Assembly (NCBI GenBank): GCA_963771355.1
Contig: CAVYTA010000007.1
Span: forward strand, 224,001 to 288,000
Direction of reading: 5' to 3'
Length of the DNA stretch: 64,000 nt
Source: an uncultured Candidatus Rokubacteria bacterium
Lineage (GTDB): Bacteria > Methylomirabilota > Methylomirabilia > Rokubacteriales > CSP1-6
A program made the translations under genes and the position numbers. The number at the start of each line of letters is the position of its first letter. Positions within the stretch are counted from its first letter, which is position 1. The notes beneath the pieces were generated by a model that was given only the letters and a program-made list of their open reading frames with translations, did not search any database and was not told the origin of the DNA. This document shows positions 10,285 to 20,261 of the stretch, piece by piece.

Positions 10285-11646
10285 TCAACGGAGCGATCGG
10301 AAGGCCGCGCGCACCTCGGCCGCGAAGAGCTGGGGCTGCTCCCACGCGGCGAAGTGGCCGCCTTTGTCGACCTTGTTGTAATAGATCAGTTTCGGATACG
10401 CCCGCTCCGTCCAACTCCGCGGGGCCTCATATTGCTCGCCGGGGAAGACGGTCACCGCCACCGGTATCGAGACGCCCTTGGCGTTGAAAAAGCCACCTTT
10501 GTACTCCCAATAGAGACGAGACGCAGAGACCCCCGTGTTCGTGAGCCAGTAGAGCGTGATGTTATCGAGGATCTCGCCGCGCGTCAGTTCGCCCGTGGCG
10601 CTCGTGGTCCGGTTGAGGGCCGAGGCGACCGCCGCCGCCGGCTGGCCATCAGCGTCATTGTGGTCGAGAAGCCAGGCGGCGAGGCCGACAGGTGAATCCG
10701 CGATGCCGTACAAGGTTTGCGGGCGCGACGCCATCAACCTGGCGTAGTCGACTTGCTTGAAGGTTCTCTCCAGCTGCTCATAGGCGCGGTGTTCGTCAGC
10801 TGAAAGACCCGATGGCGCCGGGCCGCCGGCCAGGAGGGCCTTGTCGACGTCAGCTGGAACGGTAGCAGGCATGTTGGTGTGGATCGCGAGCAATCCGGCA
10901 GGTGCCTGCAAGCCCATCTGGTCGACGACAAACGCCCCCCAGTCGCCGCCCTGGGCGACGTAGCGCGTGTAGCCGAGGCGCTTCATCAGCTCTGCCCAGG
11001 CTCGGCCCATGCGCTCGGGGCCCCAGCCGGTGCTCGTCGGCTTGCCCGAGAACCCGTAGCCGGGCATCGACGGAATAACCACATGGAAAGCGTCGGATGC
11101 GTTCCCGCCGTATGCGGTGGGATTGATAAGTGGATCGATGATCTTCAGCTGCTCGATGATCGAGCCGGGCCATCCGTGCGTGATGATGAGCGGCAATGCG
11201 TTTGCATGCTTCGAACGCACGTGGATGAAGTGAATGTCTAGCCCATCGATGGTCGTCACGAACTGCGGCACCGCGTTCAACTTCGCCTCGCACTTGCGCC
11301 AGTCGTACTCGGTCGCCCAATAGCGCGCGAGTTTCCGAACCATCGCGAGCGGCACGCCCTGCGAGTGATCGGCGACCGTTTCTTTTTCTGGCCAGCGGGT
11401 AGCCATGATGCGCCGCCGAAGCTCGACGAGCTCCGCTTCCGGAATGCGGATCCGGAACGAGCGAATTGCGGTGTCCTCGGTCGCTGCGCGCGGCCGGGCG
11501 GAAGTTGGGGTGGTGTACTGCAGTTGTGAGGTCATCGTGGACTCTTTGGTCGCCGCGACGGTCTGGGCATAGCAGGGGGAAGCGATCAAAAGAAGGCCGA
11601 GGGCGCTCGCGGTCGTTACGCGGCGCTGCATTTGTACGAAGGTCAT
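10285..11646 (-). CDS. Epoxide hydrolase (EHN + alpha/beta hydrolase), probably secreted
   Basis: HGWPGS, QGGDWG, GGHFAAWEQP; signal-like N-terminus; AAGGAG SD. Confidence 0.92.
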   Translation of the reverse strand: MTFVQMQRRVTTASALGLLLIASPCYAQTVAATKESTMTSQLQYTTPTSARPRAATEDTAIRSFRIRIPEAELVELRRRIMATRWPEKETVADHSQGVPLAMVRKLARYWATEYDWRKCEAKLNAVPQFVTTIDGLDIHFIHVRSKHANALPLIITHGWPGSIIEQLKIIDPLINPTAYGGNASDAFHVVIPSMPGYGFSGKPTSTGWGPERMGRAWAELMKRLGYTRYVAQGGDWGAFVVDQMGLQAPAGLLAIHTNMPATVPADVDKALLAGGPAPSGLSADEHRAYEQLERTFKQVDYARLMASRPQTLYGIADSPVGLAAWLLDHNDADGQPAAAVASALNRTTSATGELTRGEILDNITLYWLTNTGVSASRLYWEYKGGFFNAKGVSIPVAVTVFPGEQYEAPRSWTERAYPKLIYYNKVDKGGHFAAWEQPQLFAAEVRAAFRSLR

Positions 11647-11883
11647 GGCGGGCTCCTTGTTGAATCCACGTTGGGGCAGCAGAACACGCGCAACGTTAGG
11701 CGCGTCGTCCACCGCCTGACGCTGCACTACCGTGCGATCCGTCACCGTTCGAGTTACACCAGCGTGTCGTGAGGTCGACATTCCCGGACGACTGCGCTTG
11801 ATGCTTATGGATTAGTATCATGTCCACCTCACGAGGTTCCTGATAGGCGGGCTCGCCATCTTGGTCTGGAAGGGCTTCCCCAA

Positions 11884-12618
11884 TTGTGGCGGTCACTCAC
11901 CCCCGGAATGCGGGTTGCGTACGATTATGTAACTCCCTTCGCCATCCCGATAGCGTTCGGCCCCCTGTGGATGCCGCTGCTGCCGATGGGAAGGACACCG
12001 AACATCGCGACATGCATCGCCGTGGCGTCCCCTGGACGCCAATGGCTCCTGACAGCGTGGCACGTCCTCAAACCGATAGTCGAAGAGTTGAGGAACCCTG
12101 AAAGTGTTTGTCACATAGGATGTGATCGTTCGGGTATGCCTCTGATCACACTCAACCGGATCGAAATGGACGCCGTACGTTTCAGCGAACGGCTAGATAT
12201 AGCGACGCTCCAGATTCCGACTCTGTTCGCCGATCTGATCGACCGCAATGGGCTGTTTCGTGTTCTGCGCCCGCATCGGTGGCCACTACTCCCGCGCGCC
12301 GTAGTCGATGAGCCAGTCTGGGTGGTAGTCGACGTCGTTTAGGACTCGAACTGATGCGCAGATCCCGATTGTCGGCGGCAAGTCGGGGCAGCTATTCACG
12401 GTTCAGGCTACGACCTTCGGCTTTGTGGAGTAAGCGGCGGACCTGTATTTGTGGACAGGATAGTTGAAGGCGTCAGAGAGCAATCATTGTGTGGTGTAGT
12501 CAAAGAGGGTAGCCACTTTGGCCGACGGTGGTGGGAGCCAGATGGTTCGATTGATGAGAACGCGCCGCGAGACCTATCTGGCGAATTCGTCATGGGTCCA
12601 GTTGTCCCTCGACCCTGA
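11884..12618 (+). pseudogene. Trypsin-like serine protease pseudogene
   Basis: LLTAWHV (His), DIATL (Asp) and, after stops at 12340 and 12352, GVSGGPVF (Ser) in the same frame. Confidence 0.65.
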
Positions 12619-12761
12619 GGGCCATGCCTCCGCGCGTTCGCAACGGGACGTCTTGCGGCAAATCGTTGATCGCTCCGGACCGGCACGCTATGGTCGGCGA
12701 GCGCAAGGGGGCGCGGTGCCAATGATCATCGAGCTTCGATGAGCGCGGGAGGCGAGCGTCC

Positions 12762-13163
12762 GTGGCCATCCGCGTAGTCCGGCTGGGGAGTCCGCGCTCG
12801 CCAGGGGAAGGGCTCAGGCTCGGCACCGTGCGGCGGCTTCCGCGGGGCGTACGCAAGACGGACTATGCCCGCCGCGATTTCTTCGACGTGTGGTACCCGG
12901 AGCTGGCGCCGAGCGGCAAGCTGGTGAGCTGGGCCCTGTCCGAGCCGTTCACGGCGCCGCGCTGGGCCCGCTACGTCAAGAGCTACCGGCGCGAGATGCG
13001 GGAGCCTCCGCGTCAGCGCACGCTCGAGCTGCTCGCGCGATTGTCCCACCAGGCGGACTTCTCCATCGGCTGCTACTGCGAGCGCGAGGACCAGTGCCAT
13101 CGCTCGATCCTGCGCGAGCTGCTGGTGGAGCACGGCGCGCGGATGGCTTTGCCTGGTCGCTGA
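12762..13163 (+). CDS. DUF488/YeaO-family protein
   Basis: TVRRLPRGVRK, PELAPS, CYCEREDQCHRS. Confidence 0.85.
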   Translation: MAIRVVRLGSPRSPGEGLRLGTVRRLPRGVRKTDYARRDFFDVWYPELAPSGKLVSWALSEPFTAPRWARYVKSYRREMREPPRQRTLELLARLSHQADFSIGCYCEREDQCHRSILRELLVEHGARMALPGR

Positions 13164-13289
13164 CGTCGATGGTCGATGAGCCGCGCCGCCCCGCCGTGGT
13201 CGGACTCACGGTGCGTTACGAAAAGGCCCGGGATGCCGGAGGTCTCGTGCGATACGCGCCCGAGTTCGCGGCGCTGGGGAGCTAGGGCG

Positions 13290-13697
13290 ATGGCCATCAC
13301 GTATCGCGAGACGGCCGATGTCGATTTCGAGCAGGTGCTGGCGCTGTATCGCGCGCTACGCTGGTCCTCCGCCGAGAAGCCGCGGGAGCTCGAGCGGGCG
13401 CTGCGCGGCTCGCACTCGCTGGTCACCGCCTGGGACGGGCCCCGCCTGGTGGGCCTCGGCAACGCGATCTCGGACGGCGCCCTCGTCGTCTACTACGCGC
13501 ACATGCTGGTCCTGCCCGACTACCAGGGCCGGGGCATCGGACGCGAGATCGTGCGGCGGCTCATGGCCCGGTACGCGGGGTTTCACCAGCACATCCTGGT
13601 GGCGGACGGCGGCGCCATCGACTTCTACCGGAAGTGCGGCTTCGAGCGGGCCGGCCACACTGAACCGATGTGGGTGTACGCGGGGAGCGAGCATTGA
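13290..13697 (+). CDS. GNAT N-acetyltransferase
   Basis: VLPDYQGRGIG, FYRKCGF. Confidence 0.9.
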   Translation: MAITYRETADVDFEQVLALYRALRWSSAEKPRELERALRGSHSLVTAWDGPRLVGLGNAISDGALVVYYAHMLVLPDYQGRGIGREIVRRLMARYAGFHQHILVADGGAIDFYRKCGFERAGHTEPMWVYAGSEH

Positions 13698-14380
13698 GCC
13701 TGGCGGGCGCGGGGGCGGCGGCCGCGCTGCTCCTCGCGGCGTCCGTGGCCGCAGCCCAGATCCCGCCGGGCCCCGAGGAGCTTCGCGCGTACCGGGGGCT
13801 CCACGCCGCTGCCGCGCGTGACGATGCCGCCGAGGTGGGGCGTCTCCTGGCGGCGGGCGCGAATCCCGAGGCGCGCGATGGCCATGGCCGCACCGCGCTC
13901 CACGTGGCGGCCTTCACCTCGCACGCGGCGGCGGCGCGCGCGCTGGTGGCGGGCGGCGCGCAGGCCAATGCGCTCGACGCCCAGCGCTACGACATCGTCA
14001 CCATCGCGGCGGTGAAGAACGACGTCGCCATGCTGCGACTGGCCCTCGCGCTGGGCGCGAGCGCGCGCAATGTCACCAGTCCCTACGACGGCACCGCTCT
14101 CATCGCGGCCGCGCATCTCGGTCACGACGAGGTGGTGCGCGAGCTGATCCGGGGGGGCGCCCCGCTGGACCACGTCAACAATCTCGGCTGGACGGCGGCG
14201 CTGGAGGCGGTGATCCTGGGCGACGGCGGCCCGCGTCACGTGGCGGTGCTACGGGCGCTCGTGGAGGCCGGCGCGGATCCCGGTCTCCCCGACCGGCAGG
14301 GCGTGACCCCGCTCGAGCATGCGCGGCGACGGGGCTATGCGGAGATGGTCGCCGTCCTCGAGTCCGCCCGCCGGCGCTGA
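13694..14380 (+). CDS. Secreted ankyrin-repeat protein
   Basis: GRTALHVAA, GTALIAAA, GWTAALEA and GVTPLEHA repeats; TTG start overlaps the upstream TGA. Confidence 0.88.
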   Translation: MSLAGAGAAAALLLAASVAAAQIPPGPEELRAYRGLHAAAARDDAAEVGRLLAAGANPEARDGHGRTALHVAAFTSHAAAARALVAGGAQANALDAQRYDIVTIAAVKNDVAMLRLALALGASARNVTSPYDGTALIAAAHLGHDEVVRELIRGGAPLDHVNNLGWTAALEAVILGDGGPRHVAVLRALVEAGADPGLPDRQGVTPLEHARRRGYAEMVAVLESARRR

Positions 14381-14429
14381 CGCGGGGAGGAACCTCCACT
14401 CAGGTGCGGCGCCAGGGCGGCGGACGCGG

Positions 14430-15470
14430 CTACCCGGGCTCCAGCATCACCTTCACGCGCCGCTTGTCCGAGCGGAGCGAGTCGAAGGCGGCGGGGAAGG
14501 CATCCCAGGCCACGGTGTCGCCGAGGAGCGGACCCGCGTTCACGCGCGCGCGCGCCAGCATCGCGAGAGTGAAGGCGAAGTCGCGCTTGCCGTAGCCGAA
14601 CACGTAGCGGACATCCAGCTCCTTGGTGATCGCCTTCACGGGCAAGATCCGATCCGGCTGCATGCACACGCCGGCCACCACCACCCGGCCGTTGACCGGT
14701 GCGTGGTCCATGGCGAGCTGCTGGCTGCCGGGCACGCCCACGCAGTCGAACACGACGTCGGCGCGGCGCCCGGCCTCGCGCTTCACCGCCGCCACCACGT
14801 CCTCGCGCTCCGCGTGGATCACCGCGGTGGCACCCATGCGGGCGGCCCGCTCCGCGCGCTCGGGGGAGAGATCGCTCACCAGCACGTGGCCGGCTCCGAA
14901 GAAGCGGCTCCAGAGGCTCACCGCCAGCCCGATGGGCCCCGCGCCGATGATCTCGGCGACCTCCCCGGGCCGCAGCCCCGCGCGCTCCACCGCGTGGAGC
15001 CCCACCGCCAGCGGCTCCACCAGCGCACCCTGGCGGAAGTCCACCTCCGGTGGCAGGGACAGCGTCTCGTGCATGCCCACGCGCACGAAGTCCGCGTAGG
15101 CCCCGGGCAACTTGCCGAAGCCCCCGGAGATCACGGCGGGGCAGCGGTGCCCCTGGCCATTGAGGCAGGCCACGCAGGTGCCGCAGGCGATATAGGGCAG
15201 GGCAGTGACGCGCTCACCGACGCGGAAGCGCCCGGCCGCGTCGCGCCCGAGCGCGACCACCTCGCCGGCGAACTCATGGCCCATGATGGCGCCCACGGCG
15301 AGCGGGCTCATGCCTCCCGAGCGATCGGTCACCTCGGCGGCATGGAGATCCGAGCCGCAGACGCCGCAGTCGCGGACGGCGAGGATGAGCTCCGCGGGGC
15401 CGGGAGTCGGGTCCGGCACGGTGCGGATCTCGAGGGGCCGGCCCACGCCCGAGAAGACGGCGGCGCGCAT
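14430..15470 (-). CDS. Zinc-dependent alcohol dehydrogenase (MDR)
   Basis: CGSDLH, GHEFAG, C..C..C.......C, GAGPIG. Confidence 0.93.
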   Translation of the reverse strand: MRAAVFSGVGRPLEIRTVPDPTPGPAELILAVRDCGVCGSDLHAAEVTDRSGGMSPLAVGAIMGHEFAGEVVALGRDAAGRFRVGERVTALPYIACGTCVACLNGQGHRCPAVISGGFGKLPGAYADFVRVGMHETLSLPPEVDFRQGALVEPLAVGLHAVERAGLRPGEVAEIIGAGPIGLAVSLWSRFFGAGHVLVSDLSPERAERAARMGATAVIHAEREDVVAAVKREAGRRADVVFDCVGVPGSQQLAMDHAPVNGRVVVAGVCMQPDRILPVKAITKELDVRYVFGYGKRDFAFTLAMLARARVNAGPLLGDTVAWDAFPAAFDSLRSDKRRVKVMLEPG

Positions 15471-15498
15471 GAGGGCCCGAGTATAGCGCGGCGCTTGC

Positions 15499-15528
15499 TT
15501 GACACTCATGCGAGTGGAGGTGCAGGCT
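15499..15528 (+). promoter_or_regulatory. Sigma70-like promoter for the SelA-like gene (probably leaderless)
   Basis: TTGACA-18 nt-CAGGCT-7 nt-ATG; divergent TATACT at 15480-15485 on the minus strand. Confidence 0.45.
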
Positions 15529-15535
15529 AGCGCGC

Positions 15536-16688
15536 ATGCCCACCCCATTCGCCACGCCCCATGTGTACGAGAAGCTCGGCGTCCGCTCGGTCATTCACGG
15601 CTCCGGCACCACCACGCGCTACGGCGGCTCCCGCATGCGGCCCGAGACCATCGAGGCCATGCGCGAGGCCGCGCAGGCCCACGTGAACATCGACGAGCTG
15701 AATGCGGCCGCCGGCGCCGCCATCGCCCGCCTGCTCGCACGCACCCGCCGCGCTGGTGACGGGCGGCTCCACCGCGGGCCTGGTGCTCCAGGCCGCCGCC
15801 TGCATGACCGGCGACGATCCCGCCAAGATCGCGCGGCTGCCCGACGCCGGCGGCATGCGCAACGAGTTCGTGATCCAGCGCGCGCACCGCTTTCCGTACG
15901 ACCAGGCCTATCGCGTCCCGGGCGGCGTGCTCGTCGAGATCGGGCTGGGACGGCGCACGGCCCCGCACGAGCTGGAGGCGGCCATCGGCGAACGCACCGC
16001 CGGGGTGATCTTCCTCGTCTCCCCTTTCACGAGCCCGCCCGGCATCCTGCCGTTCGAGGAGGTCTGCCGCATTGCCCACGCGCGCGGGGTGCCGGTGCTG
16101 GTGGACGCGGCCTCCATGGTGCCGCCGCGCGAGCACCTGTTCCGCTACGTCCGCGGGGGCGCCGACCTCGTCGTCTACAGCGGTGGCAAGGGCATCCGAG
16201 GTCCGCAGAGCACGGGCATCCTCGTCGGCCGGCCGGACCTCATCCGCGCCGCCATGCTGAACGCGAGCCCGAACCAGGCCATCGGCCGCGCGGCCAAGAC
16301 GTCGAAGGAAGAGATCGTGGGGCTGGTCACCGCGCTGGAGCTCTGCCTCGCCGAGGACGAGGCGGCGGAGATGGTGCAGTTCCGGGACGCCTGCGCGCGG
16401 ATCGTGGAGGAGGTGCGGGACATCCCGGGCCTGCGTGCGGTGGTGGAGCAGGACCCGGTCAACCGCGTGATCCCCCACGCCGTGATCTACTTCGAGCCGG
16501 ACTGGGCCGGCCCCAGCGGCCCGGTGGTGCGGCGCGCCCTGGCGGAGGGCGAGCCCCACATCTACGTGCAACAGGGGACCTATCAGGGCGGCTACGGGGA
16601 CGAGCTGGCGGTAGATCCCATCAACCTGCAAGCGGGGGAGGAGAAGCTCCTCGCGGCGCGGCTGCGCGAGGAGCTCACCCGCCGCTGA
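15536..16688 (+). pseudogene. SelA-like/DgaE-family PLP-dependent enzyme with a +1 frameshift near 15737-15744
   Basis: N-terminus LGVRSVIHGSGTTTRYGGS in one frame continues as APAALVTGGS..VDAAS..YSGGKGIRGPQSTG in the +1 frame. Confidence 0.85.
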
Positions 16689-16696
16689 GCGGGCGC

Positions 16697-17659
16697 TCAG
16701 CTCACGCCGGGCTCGAGCAGCGTGAGCGTGCCCGCGTCCGCGTCCAGCTCCGCGAGACAGCCGATGGGCAGCGTGGTCTGGTCGTCCACGTGCCCGACCA
16801 TGAGGCCCGCGATCGCGGGCACACCCAGCGCGCGCGGGCGCTCGGCCAGGATGTCCTCCAGCACGCGGTTCTGGACGTAGAATGCCGACGGCTCGCAGCG
16901 CGTGAACTTGCCGAAGGCGATCCCGGCGAGCCCGGCCAGTGCGCCCGCGAGCCACAGCTGGGTGAGGAAGCGGTCGATCCGATAGAAGGGCTCGTCCACG
17001 TCCTCGAGGAAGAGGATGGCGCCGCGGAGGTCGGGGAAGTACGGCGTCCCCGCGAGGTGCGCCATCAGGCAGAGATTGCCGCCGAGGAGCCGGCCCTGTG
17101 CCCGGCCCGGCACCAGCGTGGTCACGCGGTTCTCCCACTCCGGCTGGCCCTCGCGCGGCTCCCCGCGCGGGGGTGCGCCCAGTCGAACGGGGGCGTCCGG
17201 GGACCAGAGAACCTGGCGCAGCTGGGCGAGGGAGTAGGGGGTGAAGCCGCGCGCGGCGATGGGCCCGTGAAAGCTGACCAGCCCCGCCTGCGTGTGCAGC
17301 GCCATGTGCAAGGCGGTGATGTCGCTGTAGCCGACGAGCGCCTTGGGGTTGGCGCGGATGAGGTCCCAGTCCAGCAGCGGCAGCAGGCGGGAGGCGCCAT
17401 ACCCGCCCCGCACGCACCACAGCGCATCCACCGCGGGATCCGCGAAGGTCGCCTGCAGATCCGCGGCGCGGTCCGCGTCCGCGCCCGCGAAGTAGCCCTC
17501 GCGATCGAAGACGTGCTTGCCCGGACGGACGCGGAAGCCGAGGGATTGCAGGGACTCGATCGCGTAGCGGACCCGGTCGGGCTCATTGGGCGCGCCCGAG
17601 GGGGCGACGAGACCGATGGTCTGGCCCGGCGCGAGGCGCCGCGGGCGGAGGAGGGTCAG
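16697..17659 (-). CDS. LD-carboxypeptidase (peptidase S66), probable CTG start
   Basis: PRRLAPGQTIGLVAPSG, RGGYG, GYSD (Ser), GGNL, EDVDE (Glu), GH (His); homology extends 76 codons upstream of the first GTG. Confidence 0.88.
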   Translation of the reverse strand: MTLLRPRRLAPGQTIGLVAPSGAPNEPDRVRYAIESLQSLGFRVRPGKHVFDREGYFAGADADRAADLQATFADPAVDALWCVRGGYGASRLLPLLDWDLIRANPKALVGYSDITALHMALHTQAGLVSFHGPIAARGFTPYSLAQLRQVLWSPDAPVRLGAPPRGEPREGQPEWENRVTTLVPGRAQGRLLGGNLCLMAHLAGTPYFPDLRGAILFLEDVDEPFYRIDRFLTQLWLAGALAGLAGIAFGKFTRCEPSAFYVQNRVLEDILAERPRALGVPAIAGLMVGHVDDQTTLPIGCLAELDADAGTLTLLEPGVS

Positions 17660-18648
17660 CGGATCACCTCGTCGGCCCGCTTGACCAGCGAGTCCGGGAT
17701 CGGGAGGCCCAGCACGCGCGCGGTCTTGAGGTTCACCACCAGCTCGAACTTCGGCGGCTGGGCCACCGGCAGCTCGGAGGGCCGGGCGCCCTTGAGGATG
17801 CGATCGACGTAGCCGGCGGCCCGGCGGAAGAGATCGCCCTGCCGCGGCCCGTACGACATGAGCCCGCCGGCCTCCACGCCCAGCTTCAGCGTGAACATGG
17901 TGGGCAGGCGCCGCTGCGCGGCCATCTCCGCGATCTGGACGCGGTGGACGAAGGCCAGGCGGTCACCGAGCACGTAGAGCGCGTCCGCGCGATCGCGCGT
18001 GGCGGCCTCGAAGGCGCCCTCGAACTCCACCGGGGTTCGCACCTCGAGCGGGAGCGGAGTCAGCCGCAGGGGCGTCGCCGCCGCGGGAATCTCGCGGCTC
18101 AGCAGCTGCCGGTGCGCGGGATTGGCGGCATTGGCGAGGACGGCCACACGGGTGGCGTTGGGCGCCGCCTCCTTGAGGAGGGCGAGCCGTTTCCGGGTGA
18201 GCTCGTCGGGGGCATACGTGGCCAGCCCGGTGACATTGCCGCCGGGCTTGGTGAGGCTCCCCACGAGCTTTTCCCGGACGGGATCCGCCACCACGAGGAA
18301 GACGATGGGGATGGTCTTGGTGGCGTCGGCGGCGGCATGCGCGGGCTGTGTCGACAGCGCCACGATGACGTCCACCTTGGCGCGCACCAGCTCCGCGGCA
18401 AGGATGGGGAGGCGATCGAAGTCGCCTTCGGACGAGCGCCACTCGATGACGAGATTGCGCCCCTCCGCATACCCGAGCTTCTTCAGCCCGTCGAGGAACT
18501 GATCGAAGTACGGACCCTCGGAGGACTCGAACGCGTTGGCGAGCACGCCGATGCGATGGACCTTGCCGGCTTGCTGAGCAGCGGCGGGGAGCTCCGAGCC
18601 GAGGATCATGACGAGGAGCGAGATCACCAGCCGGCGCGCTCGAACCAT
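17656..18648 (-). CDS. ABC transporter substrate-binding protein (ABC_sub_bind type)
   Basis: LGYAEGRNLVIE, PGGNVTG, GGLMSYG, LPVAQPPKFELVVNLKTA..RADEVI. Confidence 0.92.
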   Translation of the reverse strand: MVRARRLVISLLVMILGSELPAAAQQAGKVHRIGVLANAFESSEGPYFDQFLDGLKKLGYAEGRNLVIEWRSSEGDFDRLPILAAELVRAKVDVIVALSTQPAHAAADATKTIPIVFLVVADPVREKLVGSLTKPGGNVTGLATYAPDELTRKRLALLKEAAPNATRVAVLANAANPAHRQLLSREIPAAATPLRLTPLPLEVRTPVEFEGAFEAATRDRADALYVLGDRLAFVHRVQIAEMAAQRRLPTMFTLKLGVEAGGLMSYGPRQGDLFRRAAGYVDRILKGARPSELPVAQPPKFELVVNLKTARVLGLPIPDSLVKRADEVIR

Positions 18649-18742
18649 GGCGGGCGTCTCCACGACGAGTCGAGCCTAGCCTGACCCGACAGCGTCGGCA
18701 AGGGCGTTCTGACGACGGCCCGCGGCGCGCTATATTAGGCGC

Positions 18743-19924
18743 GTGATGACGCGACCCGAGGGGCCCGACGCCGACCTCCTGGCGCGGGCCCGTGCCCTCC
18801 TCCCGCTGCTCGAGTCCGCATCCGACACCATGGAGGCGAGCCGCCGACTCCCGCCCGCGGTGGTGGAGGCGCTCCACGACGCGGCGCTCTTCCGCCTGCT
18901 CATGCCGCGCTTCCTCGCCGGGGGCGAGGTGGACCCCGTCACCTTCGTCCACGTCATCGAGGCCATCGCGATGGTCGACGGCAGCACCGCGTGGTGCCTC
19001 TGCCAGGCCGCCGGCTGCTCCATGGTGGGCGCCTATCTCACCCCCGAGGTCGCGCGGGAGATCTTCGGCCCGCGAGACGCCGTGCTCGCCTGGGGGCCCG
19101 GGCCCGACGCGCGCGCGGTGGCGGTGGACGGCGGCTATCGCGTGTCGGGCACGTGGTCCTTCGCGAGCGGCTGCCGTCACGCGACCTGGCTCGGTGGACA
19201 CGCGGCCGTCGTCGAGGCGGACGGCGCCGCGCGCTGGCGCGCCGACGGCAGCCCCGAGGGCCGCACCATGCTGTTCCCCGCCGCGCGCGCGGAGATCGTG
19301 GACGTGTGGCACGTGAGCGGGCTGCGGGGGACGGGCAGCGATGCCTTCACCGTCTCGGACCTCTTCGTGCCGCACGCGTACTCGGTGTCGCGGGACGATC
19401 CCGCCGAGCGCCGGCATCCCGGCGCGCTCTACTGCTTCCCCTCCGGCAGCCTCTACGCCTCCGGGTTCGCCGGGGTGGCGATGGGCCTCGCGCGGTCCAT
19501 GCTGGACGCCTTCGTGGAGCTGGCGCGGGACAAGACCCCGCGCGGCGGGCGCCGGGCCCTGCGCGACAACCACGTGGTGCAGTCCCAGGTGGCCCAGGCG
19601 GAGGCGCGCCTCCGCTCCGCGCGGATGTTCCTGGTGGGGTCTCTCGACGAGATCTGGCGGGAGGTGGGCCGCTCGGGCATGCTCACGCTCGACCAGCGGA
19701 TGACCATTCGCCTCGCCGCCACCTACGCCATCCATCAGGCCAAGGACGTGGCGGACATCGCGTACCAGGCGGCGGGCTCCAGCGCCATCTTCACCGCGGG
19801 CGCCTTCGAGCGCCGCTTCCGCGACATCCACGCGGTGACCCAGCAGCTCCAGGGTCGCCAGGCCCATTTCGAGACGGTGGGCCAGTTCCTCCTCGGGCTC
19901 GATCCGGACACCCAGTTCCTCTAG
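18743..19924 (+). CDS. Acyl-CoA dehydrogenase-fold flavin monooxygenase (HsaA/hydroxylase type)
   Basis: GTWSFASGC, WHVSGLRGTGS, ERRFRDIHA. Confidence 0.88.
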   Translation: MMTRPEGPDADLLARARALLPLLESASDTMEASRRLPPAVVEALHDAALFRLLMPRFLAGGEVDPVTFVHVIEAIAMVDGSTAWCLCQAAGCSMVGAYLTPEVAREIFGPRDAVLAWGPGPDARAVAVDGGYRVSGTWSFASGCRHATWLGGHAAVVEADGAARWRADGSPEGRTMLFPAARAEIVDVWHVSGLRGTGSDAFTVSDLFVPHAYSVSRDDPAERRHPGALYCFPSGSLYASGFAGVAMGLARSMLDAFVELARDKTPRGGRRALRDNHVVQSQVAQAEARLRSARMFLVGSLDEIWREVGRSGMLTLDQRMTIRLAATYAIHQAKDVADIAYQAAGSSAIFTAGAFERRFRDIHAVTQQLQGRQAHFETVGQFLLGLDPDTQFL

Positions 19925-19934
19925 CCGATCCCGC

Positions 19935-20258
19935 TCACTCCGTCCGCCGGTGGCCCGCCTGCCACCACCAGTGGAAGATCAGGGCCTGTACGAGCGAGAG
20001 GACGCCGAGGGTGGCGTCGTTGAGGATATAGAGCGAGACGAAGCGGCCACTGAGCCCCCGCCAGGCCAGGATGGCGAGTCCCCCGAGCCCGAGGTTGAGC
20101 GCGAGGAAGAGCATCAGCAGGCCCATCGCCTCGAGCATTCGCGCGCCGGCGGTGAGGAGTCCGGCGCGCGGGATCCCCAGCCAGCGCGTGCCTACCAGCC
20201 AGACGCCCCCCGAGGTCACGAGCACCAGCGCCGGCACCACCAGGGTCTCGAGATCCAC
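19935..20258 (-). CDS. Small membrane protein, hypothetical
   Basis: About 3 TM segments; starts 3 nt after the YdcF-like stop. Confidence 0.7.
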   Translation of the reverse strand: MDLETLVVPALVLVTSGGVWLVGTRWLGIPRAGLLTAGARMLEAMGLLMLFLALNLGLGGLAILAWRGLSGRFVSLYILNDATLGVLSLVQALIFHWWWQAGHRRTE

Positions 20259-20261
20259 CGC

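Noticed and set aside
13169..13285. 38-aa ORF MVDEPRRPAVV.. between DUF488 and GNAT
   Set aside because: Too short and unrecognised; possibly a remnant
15536..16688. True selenocysteine synthase SelA serving the nearby UGA
   Set aside because: Lacks NATGVVLHTNLGR and SGDKLLGGPQ; the motifs fit the DgaE/SelA-like family, and no selB/selC/selD is adjacent
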